From NCBI GenBank assembly GCA_037135295.1, contig JBAXKN010000001.1:1-54010 (forward strand): a stretch of DNA of 54,010 bases. Direction: 5' to 3'. Positions 28,203 to 37,278 of this stretch are shown here, piece after piece. Numbering within the stretch: position 1 is the first letter of the stretch; each line of letters opens with the position of its first letter. The notes under the pieces were generated by a model. That model was given only the letters and a program-made list of their open reading frames with translations. It had not been told where the DNA came from and ran no database searches. Source of the DNA: Candidatus Saccharimonadota bacterium (GTDB lineage Bacteria > Patescibacteriota > Saccharimonadia > Saccharimonadales > Saccharimonadaceae). Both the position numbers and the translations under genes were made by a program.

Positions 28203-31115
28203 ATGAAGCGTTATAATCCAACAGAAATTGAAAAAAAATGGCAAGAAGTTTGGGAAAATGAAGGCACCTATAAAGTAGACTTTTCTGACCATACAAAGCC
28301 AAAATACTACGCAATGAGTATGTTGCCGGGGATTACTGGTGCTGGGATTCATATTGGTCACGGACGAACCTTTCAGTTTAGCGATATTAAAGTTCGATCC
28401 AAGCGTCAGCAAGGATATAATGCATATCATCCTATTGGCTGGGATTCATTTGGTCTTCCAGTTGAAAATTATGCTATAAAAATCGGTAAAAACCCTAGGA
28501 TTGCTCATGATGAAGCTCTAGTTAATTTTAAACGTCAATTAAAGCGACTTGGTTATAGTTATGATTGGTCAAAAGAGATTAGCACGGCTGATCCATCTTA
28601 TTATCGTTGGACTCAATGGATTTTTAATCAATTATTTGAACGTGGTTTAGCCTATCAAAAACAAAGTCCACAATGGTGGTGTGAAACGGATCAAACGGTC
28701 CTTGCAAATGAACAAGTCGAAGCAGGCAAATGTTGGCGATGCGGTAATCAGGTTGTTAAAAAGAATCTTAAACAATGGTTTTTCAAGATTACCGAATATG
28801 CTGATGAAATATTGGATGCAACAGATGATCTAAATTGGACTGAAATGGTAAAAACCATGCAGAAAAATTGGATTGGGCGCTCTCAGGGTGCCGAAGTTGA
28901 ATTCAAGATAGATGGTAGTGATAAAATTATCACTGTTTTCACAACTCGTCCTGATACTCTATTTGGTGCTACTTTTATGGTTATCGCTCCCGAACATAAA
29001 TTTGTAAATGAATTAGTTACAGAAAATACCAAAAGTTCAGTTGAGTCATACGTAACTGAATCAGCTCGTAAATCAGAAATTGAGCGTATGAATGAGTCAC
29101 GCGAAAAAACGGGAGTGTTTACAGGCAGTTATGCTATTAACCCAGCAAATGGTGAAAATATTCCAATCTGGATAGCAGATTATGTATTAGCTGGTTATGG
29201 AACAGGCGCTATAATGGCAGTGCCTGCACATGATGAACGAGATTTTGCCTTTGCCGAAAAATTTAATTTGCCAATTTGTGCAGTTATTTCAAGAGACTTT
29301 GGTGAATTTCTACCAGACTCTAAAGAAGTTAGTGGAGTTGTAGTAATTGGCTATGATTCAAAAACAAAAAAATATATGAGTATCATGAACGGTGATAGGC
29401 GTTGGTTGGTAGGTGGCGGTCACGAGGATGGAGAATCTTATGAACAAACAGCTTATCGTGAACTAAAAGAAGAAGCCGGATTTATTGATGTTCAGAAAAT
29501 GGTTACATTGGGTGATCCTGTTTATTCGTATTATTATAATAGTATAAAAGACAGCAATCGTAGGTCGTTAGCATATAATTTCCTGGTCATGATTGACGCC
29601 AATAACCAAATTGAACAACAACAAGAATCTCATGAAAATTTTTCTGTAGTTTGGTCTGATATCGATGAAATTATTAATGATCTTAAAAAAGAAGATAGTG
29701 GTGCTCATCATTGGTTAGAAATATTATACAGGGCAAAATCAGCTGTAAAGGCCTACGAAACTGGTGATGTATATAAGCCAGACATATATTGTGGCGAAGG
29801 TGTATTGGTAAATTCTAGTGCTTTTGATGGAATGGCGTCAAGTGAAGCTCGTGAGGAAATTGTTGCTTGGCTTGAACAGCAAGGCGTTGGACGTACGAAA
29901 ACTGCATACAAAATGCGGGACTGGTTAATTAGTCGTCAGCGATATTGGGGTGCTCCAATCCCGATTATTCATTGTCCCGAGCATGGTGCTGTGGCAGTTC
30001 CTAATAATCAACTGCCGGTGATTCTACCTGATATCGATGATTACAAACCAAAAGACGGTGAAACCTCAGCTTTAGCTAGCGCTACCGATTGGGTGAATAC
30101 AACATGCCCAAACTGTGGAATGCCCGCGAAACGCGAGACAGACACTATGGATGGTTATGCCTGTAGTAGTTGGTATTTCCTACGCTATTTGGATCCATTT
30201 AATAATAAGCAAGCCTGGGATCCAGAGATTGAAAAGCACTGGGGACCTGTTGATTTTTACAATGGAGCCGACCATGCGGTTGCTCATTTACTGTATTCAC
30301 GTTTTTGGATGCGATTTTTCTATAAAATTGGTCTTGTCTCTACACCAGAACCATTTAAGCGCATGATGTATAACGCCTACATAATGGCACCAGATGGTTC
30401 AAAGATGAGCAAATCTAAAGGTAATACAATCGATCCACTCGAAATAATGGATAGTGGCTATGGCGCTGATAGTTTACGTGTTTACGAAATGTTTATCGCT
30501 CCTTACGATATAGAAGCGCCTTGGGACACTCGCGGTGTGCCTGGCTCATATCGTTTTTTAAACCGTGTTTGGAATTTGACCCAGGAATACATCGAATCTG
30601 GTGATGTTGATTTAGATAAAACTGCTGAAAACGAGATATTATCAATTGCTCATAAAACAGCCAAAAAAATAACCTCTGATATCGAAGACGATAAATTTAA
30701 CACAGCCGTGTCAGCAATGATGGAAGCTGTAAATAACTATTTCAAATTAAAGGAAAAATACAAAATTGGTAAATCACCTGCCTGGGACTTTGCAATCGAA
30801 AGCTTATTGCAGGTATTGTCGCCATTCTCGCCGCATATAACAGAGGAATTATGGCATCAAATAGGTAACAAAGACACTATTCATGTTGATCATTGGCCAA
30901 AGTGGGACAATAAATATCTGCAGTCCGATGTAATGACAATAATAGTCCAAGTGAATGGTAAGTTGCGAGCCAAACTAGAGCTTGCAAAAGATACAGATGA
31001 AGAAGATATTAAAAAACTTGCCTTAGGCAATGATAATGTGAAATTATTTATAGGAAATAAAAAACCGACCAAGGTTATTTATGTTCCTGGTCGGTTAGTG
31101 AATATCGTTGTCTAG
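28203..31115 (+). CDS. leuS: leucyl-tRNA synthetase carrying an inserted Nudix domain
   Basis: HIGH variant (HIGHG), CP1 editing motif TTRPDTLFGATFMVIAPEH, AVPAHDERDF, KMSKS. Total length 970 aa. Confidence 0.95.
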   Translation: MKRYNPTEIEKKWQEVWENEGTYKVDFSDHTKPKYYAMSMLPGITGAGIHIGHGRTFQFSDIKVRSKRQQGYNAYHPIGWDSFGLPVENYAIKIGKNPRIAHDEALVNFKRQLKRLGYSYDWSKEISTADPSYYRWTQWIFNQLFERGLAYQKQSPQWWCETDQTVLANEQVEAGKCWRCGNQVVKKNLKQWFFKITEYADEILDATDDLNWTEMVKTMQKNWIGRSQGAEVEFKIDGSDKIITVFTTRPDTLFGATFMVIAPEHKFVNELVTENTKSSVESYVTESARKSEIERMNESREKTGVFTGSYAINPANGENIPIWIADYVLAGYGTGAIMAVPAHDERDFAFAEKFNLPICAVISRDFGEFLPDSKEVSGVVVIGYDSKTKKYMSIMNGDRRWLVGGGHEDGESYEQTAYRELKEEAGFIDVQKMVTLGDPVYSYYYNSIKDSNRRSLAYNFLVMIDANNQIEQQQESHENFSVVWSDIDEIINDLKKEDSGAHHWLEILYRAKSAVKAYETGDVYKPDIYCGEGVLVNSSAFDGMASSEAREEIVAWLEQQGVGRTKTAYKMRDWLISRQRYWGAPIPIIHCPEHGAVAVPNNQLPVILPDIDDYKPKDGETSALASATDWVNTTCPNCGMPAKRETDTMDGYACSSWYFLRYLDPFNNKQAWDPEIEKHWGPVDFYNGADHAVAHLLYSRFWMRFFYKIGLVSTPEPFKRMMYNAYIMAPDGSKMSKSKGNTIDPLEIMDSGYGADSLRVYEMFIAPYDIEAPWDTRGVPGSYRFLNRVWNLTQEYIESGDVDLDKTAENEILSIAHKTAKKITSDIEDDKFNTAVSAMMEAVNNYFKLKEKYKIGKSPAWDFAIESLLQVLSPFSPHITEELWHQIGNKDTIHVDHWPKWDNKYLQSDVMTIIVQVNGKLRAKLELAKDTDEEDIKKLALGNDNVKLFIGNKKPTKVIYVPGRLVNIVV
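29290..29770 (+). other. in-frame Nudix-domain insertion within leuS (Nudix box at 29412-29483)
   Basis: GGHEDGESYEQTAYRELKEEAGF matches G-x5-E-x7-REUxEExGU at every fixed position. It lies between AVPAHDERDFAFAEKFNLPI and GEGVLVNSSAFDGM, segments that are only a few tens of residues apart in canonical bacterial LeuRS. Confidence 0.8.
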
Positions 31116-31128
31116 GACCTATAATTGG

Positions 31129-31521
31129 TTATTTTGGGCTTGGGCTAATATTTTTATCTCCAGAGTTTGATTCTGAAGTGTTATTGTCAATAAACCCTTC
31201 AATATACTCAAAATCGCCTGACCCATTATCTCTAATACTATCATTTATTACCTCTACATCTATTGCCTCAGTATTGTCAATAGACCCTTCAATATACTCA
31301 AAATCGCCTGACCCATTATCTTTAAGACTATCGTGTATAATTCGTTCATTTGTAACTGGAGTTGTCGACGTGCTATCGAAGGTAATATGCGCGCACTCGT
31401 TTAGTCCTGTTCCTATCACAGCAGCTAATATCACCGCCAAACCCAGTCGCTTCATTCTTACCAGTTTAATGTCTGGTGATTTTTCTTTTGTCTGACTACG
31501 GTTTAAATCTTCTTGGTTCAT
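31129..31521 (-). CDS. small membrane-anchored protein with a tandem 30-aa repeat
   Basis: N-terminus MNQEDLNR..EKS..MKRLG plus a TM helix. The repeat DS[LI][KR]DNGSGDFEYIEG.IDN occurs twice. The N-terminus is paralogous to that of 34388..34741. Confidence 0.65.
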   Translation of the reverse strand: MNQEDLNRSQTKEKSPDIKLVRMKRLGLAVILAAVIGTGLNECAHITFDSTSTTPVTNERIIHDSLKDNGSGDFEYIEGSIDNTEAIDVEVINDSIRDNGSGDFEYIEGFIDNNTSESNSGDKNISPSPK

Positions 31522-31527
31522 ACTTAA

Positions 31528-31556
31528 ATTATACCACTAATGCTAATCGATGTCAA
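31528..31556 (-). promoter_or_regulatory. consensus sigma70-type promoter; geometry predicts a leaderless mRNA
   Basis: On the minus strand: TTGACA (31556-31551), a 17-nt spacer, TATAAT (31533-31528), then only 6 nt before ATG 31521. Confidence 0.6.
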
Positions 31557-31613
31557 TATTTATTATATATAAATTATGTTTTGAGCTTCATCTTTAAATT
31601 TCCACTGTAAATC

Positions 31614-31642
31614 TTGACATATTATAGATTCTACAATATTGT
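31614..31642 (+). promoter_or_regulatory. putative promoter of the 31653 gene
   Basis: TTGACA (31614-31619), a 17-nt spacer, TATTGT (31637-31642), then ATG 10 nt downstream. Confidence 0.4.
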
Positions 31643-31652
31643 TTAAGTTGGA

Positions 31653-33233
31653 ATGAAAATAAAACAAACAATTATTGTTGGTGCATTACTCGTCATGGCC
31701 ATTATTGGGATTTTTGCGATCCCTACGGCTTATGCTGCTGATTGTGGAGGTAAGGTCCTGAAATCTGGTGAGAGTTGCTGCGGGGGTGTGGTAACGTCTA
31801 TAGTTTCATGTAAAGAGCTTGGCTGGGGTTCTCTCGAAGACACTGGTTTGTGGGGAGTTGTTTTATTATCATTCAGTATCTTATCTGCCGGTGTGGGTAT
31901 TGTGGCCGTTGGTGGTGTAGTTTATGGATCTGTAATATATACTACAGCAGGTGGTAATCTTGAACAAACAAAAAAAGCGCGAGCAATAATAGCCAGCACA
32001 GTAATAGGTATAATAATGTATGCATTGTTATACTCATTCTTGAATTTTTTGATTCCAGGCGGTTTATTTGCAACGAATCCACCAAAATCAAAAACAATCA
32101 TTTCCAAATCTACATTTATCGATACGACTCCGCCGACTACACCAAAAAATCTATCATCACAAGGTTATGGCGGTTATACGAAACTTTCATGGGATAGCTC
32201 CACTGACAATGTTGGTGTTATTGGGTATTTTATCGAAAGATCAATCGATTCATCATCAGGCACATCAACTACGTGGGTTAATATAGGTAATGTTAGTAAT
32301 TTTTCAAAATTAGAGTTCAGAGATACCTCAATATTTAACAGTACCATCCAATATAACTATAGGGTAAAAGCATTTGATGCAGCTGGTAACGTATCATTAC
32401 CATCTAACGTTGTAGCTGGTTTAGTAATTGCCAAGCCAAAAATAATAACACCTCCAAAACCAACTACGCCTCCAAAACCAAAAACACCTCCAAAACCAAC
32501 TACGCCTCCACCTATCGTTAACCCAAATATAGTAAAAAATCTAAAACCAGGCTCAGTCAGGGTTCTAGTAATTGGAAATCAATTTGCATCTACTTCAGAG
32601 TTTAAAACTACTTTAAGTGATGTACAGTCTGCACTTACTTTAGCAGAGCCTTATAAAAGTAATAAGAGCGCATACGATTTTGTGTCTTATAGCTCTTCGG
32701 CTAACGAGTTTAAATGTATTATGGAACCACCCCCGCGTTCAACGAGTGGTCCCCTTGTGCAATGTAATAATTCATTAGTGACAGCATATCGTTCTAAATA
32801 TGGTGCTGATTTAGTATTATTAATAGATAATAAAGTAAGTTACAAATATCCAAATGGAACCGTCAGTAGTGGAGGAGCGGGTTATCCAACATTGGGCATA
32901 GCAACTGTTACACGACTGAGTCTCTCCCCATCTCCTAAGCATTTAGTCTTACATGAATTTACACATATCTTTGCTCTCTTGAATGATGAATACTTATATT
33001 ACGATAGTACGCCTGGTTCGACTACTAATACAATACCTAATAAAACGGATGATGGTAAATTCTCTAATCGTACTTGTTATGCGGGAAGAAAAACAGGTTG
33101 GACAACAAGCTGCTTATATTATAATTGGTCTAGAGAAACTTCCATAAATATTATGGCTAAGTATGGCTCTTTTGTATTTTCTCCCACACAATTTAATTTA
33201 GTAAAAGAAGCTTTCCAAAAGTATAGTAAATAA
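31653..33233 (+). CDS. fusion protein: T4SS-pilin-like (TrbC/VirB2-type) N-terminal domain, FN3 domain, Pro-rich linker, M64-like zinc metallopeptidase domain
   Basis: Signal peptide, Cys-rich segment, and two TM helices around YTTAGGNLEQTKKARAIIASTVIGII (a T4SS_pilin-like pattern). FN3-like LSWDSSTDNVGVIGYFIER...YNYRVKAFDAAGNVS. Linker PPKPTTPPKPKTPPKPTTPPP. HEFTH at 32952-32966 followed by LNDEY, as in M64 peptidases. Confidence 0.7.
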   Translation: MKIKQTIIVGALLVMAIIGIFAIPTAYAADCGGKVLKSGESCCGGVVTSIVSCKELGWGSLEDTGLWGVVLLSFSILSAGVGIVAVGGVVYGSVIYTTAGGNLEQTKKARAIIASTVIGIIMYALLYSFLNFLIPGGLFATNPPKSKTIISKSTFIDTTPPTTPKNLSSQGYGGYTKLSWDSSTDNVGVIGYFIERSIDSSSGTSTTWVNIGNVSNFSKLEFRDTSIFNSTIQYNYRVKAFDAAGNVSLPSNVVAGLVIAKPKIITPPKPTTPPKPKTPPKPTTPPPIVNPNIVKNLKPGSVRVLVIGNQFASTSEFKTTLSDVQSALTLAEPYKSNKSAYDFVSYSSSANEFKCIMEPPPRSTSGPLVQCNNSLVTAYRSKYGADLVLLIDNKVSYKYPNGTVSSGGAGYPTLGIATVTRLSLSPSPKHLVLHEFTHIFALLNDEYLYYDSTPGSTTNTIPNKTDDGKFSNRTCYAGRKTGWTTSCLYYNWSRETSINIMAKYGSFVFSPTQFNLVKEAFQKYSK

Positions 33234-33271
33234 TAAATAGGAAAAATAATTTTAATGATAGGTGAAATAAT

Positions 33272-34309
33272 ATGATAAAAAAATTTTTGGAAAGCTATAT
33301 ATTTTTAATAATCACAATTTCTTTCATTTTTTCAGGTACTGTTGCGGCAGAATCAAACAGGGGTATTTCAGTTTATGTCAATCTTAAATATTCTGATAGT
33401 TTTTCTTTAAACGCAGCAAAGATTATTGATACTAAAGTATATGAGGTTTCACGATTTTCGATTCCGAATACTGAGTTGGGTCAGCATAACATTTATTTTG
33501 TAGAGGTTTTAGATAATTCCAAGAAAGTTATTTATAGCTTCTCGGACGAAGCTGTTCTTTTTGAAGATGAAGCTATTGCTGATCAAAAAGATGGTAGTTA
33601 TGCATCCTATAATTTGCCATGGTCTAAAGATGCTAAGTTTATACAAATCAGAAAAGATACAACGATATTGGATTCAAAGCAAATACCAAATTCAATAATT
33701 GACAATACCAAAACAGCATCTTTATCTGAACCAAATAAAGAGAAGAATGTTGTAGCTGTCGATCTATTGGCAGATGAATCTTATGATATTAAATCAGCCG
33801 ATGGTTTTGTGACTTTTTCGTTTTCTTCCGGCTCATTCAAAGAGGACGTTTTTCTAGTTATAGAGAAAATTGAAACCAATATTAAATATACTAACGGCCG
33901 TATCAAAGCATCGGGTGTTTACCAAATTAGAGCAAATAATGCAGAAGGTGTAAGTGTAAGTAAGTTAGAAAAGCCTATTAGTATAAAGTTCAAAATTGAT
34001 AAAAATATCGGAAGAGTAAAATCTGAAACACAAAAAGTCACGTTTCTTGAAAATGATTTAGGAAAAGTTCAATATTTGAAATCTGAGTTTGGGATAAATG
34101 AAGTTAAGTCACAGAATACTAGTCTTGGTTTATATTTGTTAACTTCAGAAGAGGACAGTAATATTTACATATTAGGTATTAATGCATGGTATATATTAAT
34201 AGTATCAGTATCTGTCGCATTAGTAGTGGTAATAATTGTCAGGATATACATTATTAAAAAGCGTAAATCTAAACCAGAGTTTATTGACGATCCGGGTATG
34301 CTTTCATAG
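33272..34309 (+). CDS. hypothetical secreted protein with C-terminal TM anchor
   Basis: Signal peptide (ITISFIFSGTVAAES) and a C-terminal TM helix followed by KKRKSK. Confidence 0.65.
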   Translation: MIKKFLESYIFLIITISFIFSGTVAAESNRGISVYVNLKYSDSFSLNAAKIIDTKVYEVSRFSIPNTELGQHNIYFVEVLDNSKKVIYSFSDEAVLFEDEAIADQKDGSYASYNLPWSKDAKFIQIRKDTTILDSKQIPNSIIDNTKTASLSEPNKEKNVVAVDLLADESYDIKSADGFVTFSFSSGSFKEDVFLVIEKIETNIKYTNGRIKASGVYQIRANNAEGVSVSKLEKPISIKFKIDKNIGRVKSETQKVTFLENDLGKVQYLKSEFGINEVKSQNTSLGLYLLTSEEDSNIYILGINAWYILIVSVSVALVVVIIVRIYIIKKRKSKPEFIDDPGMLS

Positions 34310-34332
34310 TCAAATAATCTATTAACAAAAAA

Positions 34333-34359
34333 ACAACCAGAAGTGTTATCTCTGGTTGT
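34333..34359. terminator. bidirectional terminator between convergent genes
   Basis: 9-bp stem ACAACCAGA/TCTGGTTGT, with an A-run on the left and T-rich sequence on the right. Confidence 0.65.
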
Positions 34360-34387
34360 CATATATTTTAATTACAATAAAAATTAC

Positions 34388-34741
34388 TTAACGCTTAACA
34401 CTTTCTGGAATTACAATAGTTTCACCGGGTTGTAGACCGTCTATATAAGTTTCGGCATTATCTGGATTTGATTCAATTTCATCAACAACACGTCTAATAT
34501 CAACACTATCAATACCCTTAACATGTTCTGCAGCAGTCCAAGTACTATCGCCTGGTTCAGCAACAAATTCAATTTCTTTTTCGGAGAGCTGTGGGGCACG
34601 ATTCGCATATTTATCAGCTGCAATGCCTCCAGCAAGGGCCATTAATACTAAGGTTGAAACACCAATGCGCTTCATCAATAAATTATTACCAGTATTCCTG
34701 CTTTTCTCTTGATTTGGTCTATTCGATTCATTTTGATTCAT
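34388..34741 (-). CDS. small membrane-anchored protein with LysM-like C-terminal domain
   Basis: N-terminus MNQNESNR..EKS..MKRIG plus a TM helix, paralogous to 31129..31521. The C-terminus PGDSTWTAAEH...LQPGETIVIP resembles LysM. Confidence 0.6.
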   Translation of the reverse strand: MNQNESNRPNQEKSRNTGNNLLMKRIGVSTLVLMALAGGIAADKYANRAPQLSEKEIEFVAEPGDSTWTAAEHVKGIDSVDIRRVVDEIESNPDNAETYIDGLQPGETIVIPESVKR

Positions 34742-34747
34742 TGCTCT

Positions 34748-34776
34748 TTTATACCACTAATGGTTATGATTGTCAA
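34748..34776 (-). promoter_or_regulatory. near-consensus promoter; geometry predicts a leaderless mRNA
   Basis: On the minus strand: TTGACA (34776-34771), a 17-nt spacer, TATAAA (34753-34748), then 6 nt before ATG 34741. The spacer shares CCATTAGTGG-like sequence with the 31528 promoter. Confidence 0.55.
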
Positions 34777-34793
34777 TGTTTTTTTACGAACAC

Positions 34794-34822
34794 TTGAGCT
34801 TAAGAGTAATGTTAGATATAAT
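34794..34822 (+). promoter_or_regulatory. promoter of the rpmF-nusB-nudix-rnc operon
   Basis: TTGAGC (34794-34799), a 17-nt spacer, TATAAT (34817-34822). Confidence 0.55.
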
Positions 34823-34865
34823 AGAGCTAAGTTTTATCATTATAACCTGAAAAGGAGTTCTTTAT

Positions 34866-35015
34866 ATGGGACAACCGAAAAAGCAATCAAGTCCACGAAA
34901 AACTGGTTTGCGTCGCAGTCATCTGCGTCTTGAACTAGCCCGACGTGTTAACAAGACATCACCTGTAAAAGCACGTACAACCGCCAAAGAATCTGGCAAG
35001 GCACTCGCAAAATAG
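34866..35015 (+). CDS. rpmF: 50S ribosomal protein L32 (short form without zinc ribbon)
   Basis: 49-aa ORF absent from the ORF track: MGQPKKQSSPRKTGLRRSHLRL, which fits the L32 N-terminal pattern PK+..S..+...RR.H. AAGGAG lies 9 nt upstream. Confidence 0.7.
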   Translation: MGQPKKQSSPRKTGLRRSHLRLELARRVNKTSPVKARTTAKESGKALAK

Positions 35016-35064
35016 CGATTTGTCACTTACCTTTAAAAAATAATTAAAGAAAGAATTAAACGTT

Positions 35065-35523
35065 ATGGCATCTAATCGCCACCTCGGTCGCATCGTTGCT
35101 TTGCAAACTTTATACGAATATGAATTTCGTGTTCAATCAGCAGACATAACAGTAAATGTTGACGAAATTCTAACTCGTAACCTTGATAGGTACGAGGCTA
35201 CGATTGATGACAAAGGCTTTGTAGGAATACTCGTAAAGGGTGTTATTTCCGAACAAGCCGACTTAGATGCCAAAATCCAACCAATTGCGCCTGATTGGCC
35301 GATTGATCAGATAGCGCGAATCGATTGTAATATTATACGAATTGGTTTATATGAGTTGCTTTATCAAGCAAAACTTATTCCACCAAAAGTTGCAATTAAC
35401 GAAGCTGTCGAGTTGGCAAAAGCGTTTGGTTCCGATAATTCAAGTAAGTTCGTAAATGGTGTGCTTGGCACCGCATATAGAACGCTTGTCGAGGAAACAA
35501 CCGATGACAGCAGTAAAGTTTGA
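35065..35523 (+). CDS. nusB: transcription antitermination factor NusB
   Basis: [13 protein letters not shown] ... [25 protein letters not shown]. Confidence 0.88.
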   Translation: MASNRHLGRIVALQTLYEYEFRVQSADITVNVDEILTRNLDRYEATIDDKGFVGILVKGVISEQADLDAKIQPIAPDWPIDQIARIDCNIIRIGLYELLYQAKLIPPKVAINEAVELAKAFGSDNSSKFVNGVLGTAYRTLVEETTDDSSKV

Positions 35524-35995
35524 GAATTTCAAAAAATACTTTAGTAAAAAAAATCAAATACAGGAAATAGTTCGTGAGCCGACCTCTGGTGGTATTATTT
35601 TTCGTCGTGATAAAAATGATGGCGTTGAGATTTTATTAATTCAAGATGGAAAAGATCGCTGGACTATTCCAAAAGGTCATATCGAAGAAGGCGAAACTGC
35701 TGAACAAACAGCAAAGCGTGAAATTAATGAAGAGGCAGGTCTTTCTGATGTTGATATATTGGGGTGGCTAGGTAAGATACATTTTCGTTATCGACGTGTT
35801 GATAAGTTAGTCCTAATGACTACTCAAATTTATCTTGTTCGTGCCAAAGGCGATACCACTGCAATTCAAAAAGAAGAATGGATGAATGGTATAAAATGGT
35901 TCAAGTTTAATGATGCACTTGATGCAATTGAATATGAAGATATTGGAAAATTAATGTTACTAGCTATGAAGCGAATTAGACAGGAGAATTTATGA
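35504..35995 (+). CDS. Nudix hydrolase
   Basis: Nudix box [24 protein letters not shown] moved the start to ATG 35504, with GAGGAA 7 nt upstream. It overlaps the nusB end by 20 nt. Confidence 0.85.
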   Translation: MTAVKFENFKKYFSKKNQIQEIVREPTSGGIIFRRDKNDGVEILLIQDGKDRWTIPKGHIEEGETAEQTAKREINEEAGLSDVDILGWLGKIHFRYRRVDKLVLMTTQIYLVRAKGDTTAIQKEEWMNGIKWFKFNDALDAIEYEDIGKLMLLAMKRIRQENL

Positions 35996-36708
35996 GCGGA
36001 ATGCAAACGGAACCTTATCAAAATTTCGCTAGGGAAAAGTTAGGTTTTGAATTTAATGACCTGCAGCTGCTTATTACAGCTTTAACTCATCGAAGTTATG
36101 TAAACGAGCATAAAAAAAGTGTCAGCGAACACAACGAGCGCCTTGAGTTTTTAGGTGACGCTGTACTTGAGTTAGCAGTAACTGATTATTTGTATAGAAA
36201 ATATTCCGAACAAGAAGGTATATTAACTAGTTGGCGAGCAGCGTTAGTCAGAACAGAGAGTATCGGAGAAGCTGGCGTTTTATTGGGCTACGAACCTCTC
36301 GTTAGAATGAGTAAGGGCGAAAAACAAGGTAGTGATCGTGCTAGGCAACAAATTCTTGCTAATGCCTTCGAAGCAGTGACAGGTGCAATATATCTTGAAC
36401 GTGGCTATGAAGATGCAGCAGCTTTTATATATAAAAACATCATTAGTAAATTGGATGGTATCTTGGAATCAGGAACTTGGCGGGATGCAAAATCAAATCT
36501 TCAAGAAGTGTCACAGCGCATCGACAACCAAACTCCTCAATATCGTGTAATCGAAGAGATAGGTCCAGACCATGACAAGATATTCACACTAGGTGTTTAT
36601 GTCGGTAGCCAGTTGATGGGTAAAGGTAGTGGTCCAAGCAAACAGGTGGCTCAGCAACAAGCTGCACAAGCTGCATTGGATGAATATTCAAGACGTCAGT
36701 CTAATTGA
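35992..36708 (+). CDS. rnc: ribonuclease III
   Basis: Signature ERLEFLGDAVLE plus a C-terminal dsRBD. ATGA overlap with the preceding stop. Confidence 0.93.
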   Translation: MSGMQTEPYQNFAREKLGFEFNDLQLLITALTHRSYVNEHKKSVSEHNERLEFLGDAVLELAVTDYLYRKYSEQEGILTSWRAALVRTESIGEAGVLLGYEPLVRMSKGEKQGSDRARQQILANAFEAVTGAIYLERGYEDAAAFIYKNIISKLDGILESGTWRDAKSNLQEVSQRIDNQTPQYRVIEEIGPDHDKIFTLGVYVGSQLMGKGSGPSKQVAQQQAAQAALDEYSRRQSN

Positions 36709-36783
36709 CGTTTGTATGAAAACAGTGTAGAATTGGTCAAGAGTAAAAATCAATTAAAGATAAGAAAAAGGAATTTATAATTT

Positions 36784-37224
36784 ATGCTCGCAATTCGTTT
36801 ACAACGTGTAGGCCGAAAAGGTCATGCAATGTACCGTATGGCTGTTCAAGAGTCTCAACGTCACCCATCAAGTGGTCGTGTAGTTGCTTATGTCGGTACA
36901 TATGATCCACACACCAAAGACGCAAAAGTCCAAGTTGAAATAGCACAAAAATATCTTGATAATGGTGCACAACCATCACCTCGTGTAGTTAAACTTCTAA
37001 AAGATGCTGGTGTTAAACTACCAAAATGGGTAACAGAAGCTAGTGACAAGAAGTCAAAAACAATCAGAAATGCTGAAAAACTTCGCAAGAATCAACCAAA
37101 AGTTGAAGCTGTAAAAGAAGAAAAAGTTGAAGAAGTTGTTGAAAAAAAAGAAGTAGCAGAAGTACAAGAATTAGTTGAAGTTGAAAAAGCCGAAGAAACA
37201 ACCGAGCCTGCAGTCCAAGAATAA
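36784..37224 (+). CDS. rpsP: 30S ribosomal protein S16 with a K/E-rich C-terminal extension
   Basis: MLAIRLQRVGRKGHAMYRMAV ... GTYDP, then a tail of about 60 aa (KEEKVEEVVEKKEVAEVQELVEVEKAEE). Confidence 0.92.
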   Translation: MLAIRLQRVGRKGHAMYRMAVQESQRHPSSGRVVAYVGTYDPHTKDAKVQVEIAQKYLDNGAQPSPRVVKLLKDAGVKLPKWVTEASDKKSKTIRNAEKLRKNQPKVEAVKEEKVEEVVEKKEVAEVQELVEVEKAEETTEPAVQE

Positions 37225-37278
37225 ACATGGTACAATAAAATTACATAGTAGTAATGACCGAAGAGGTGAGGGGGCAAT

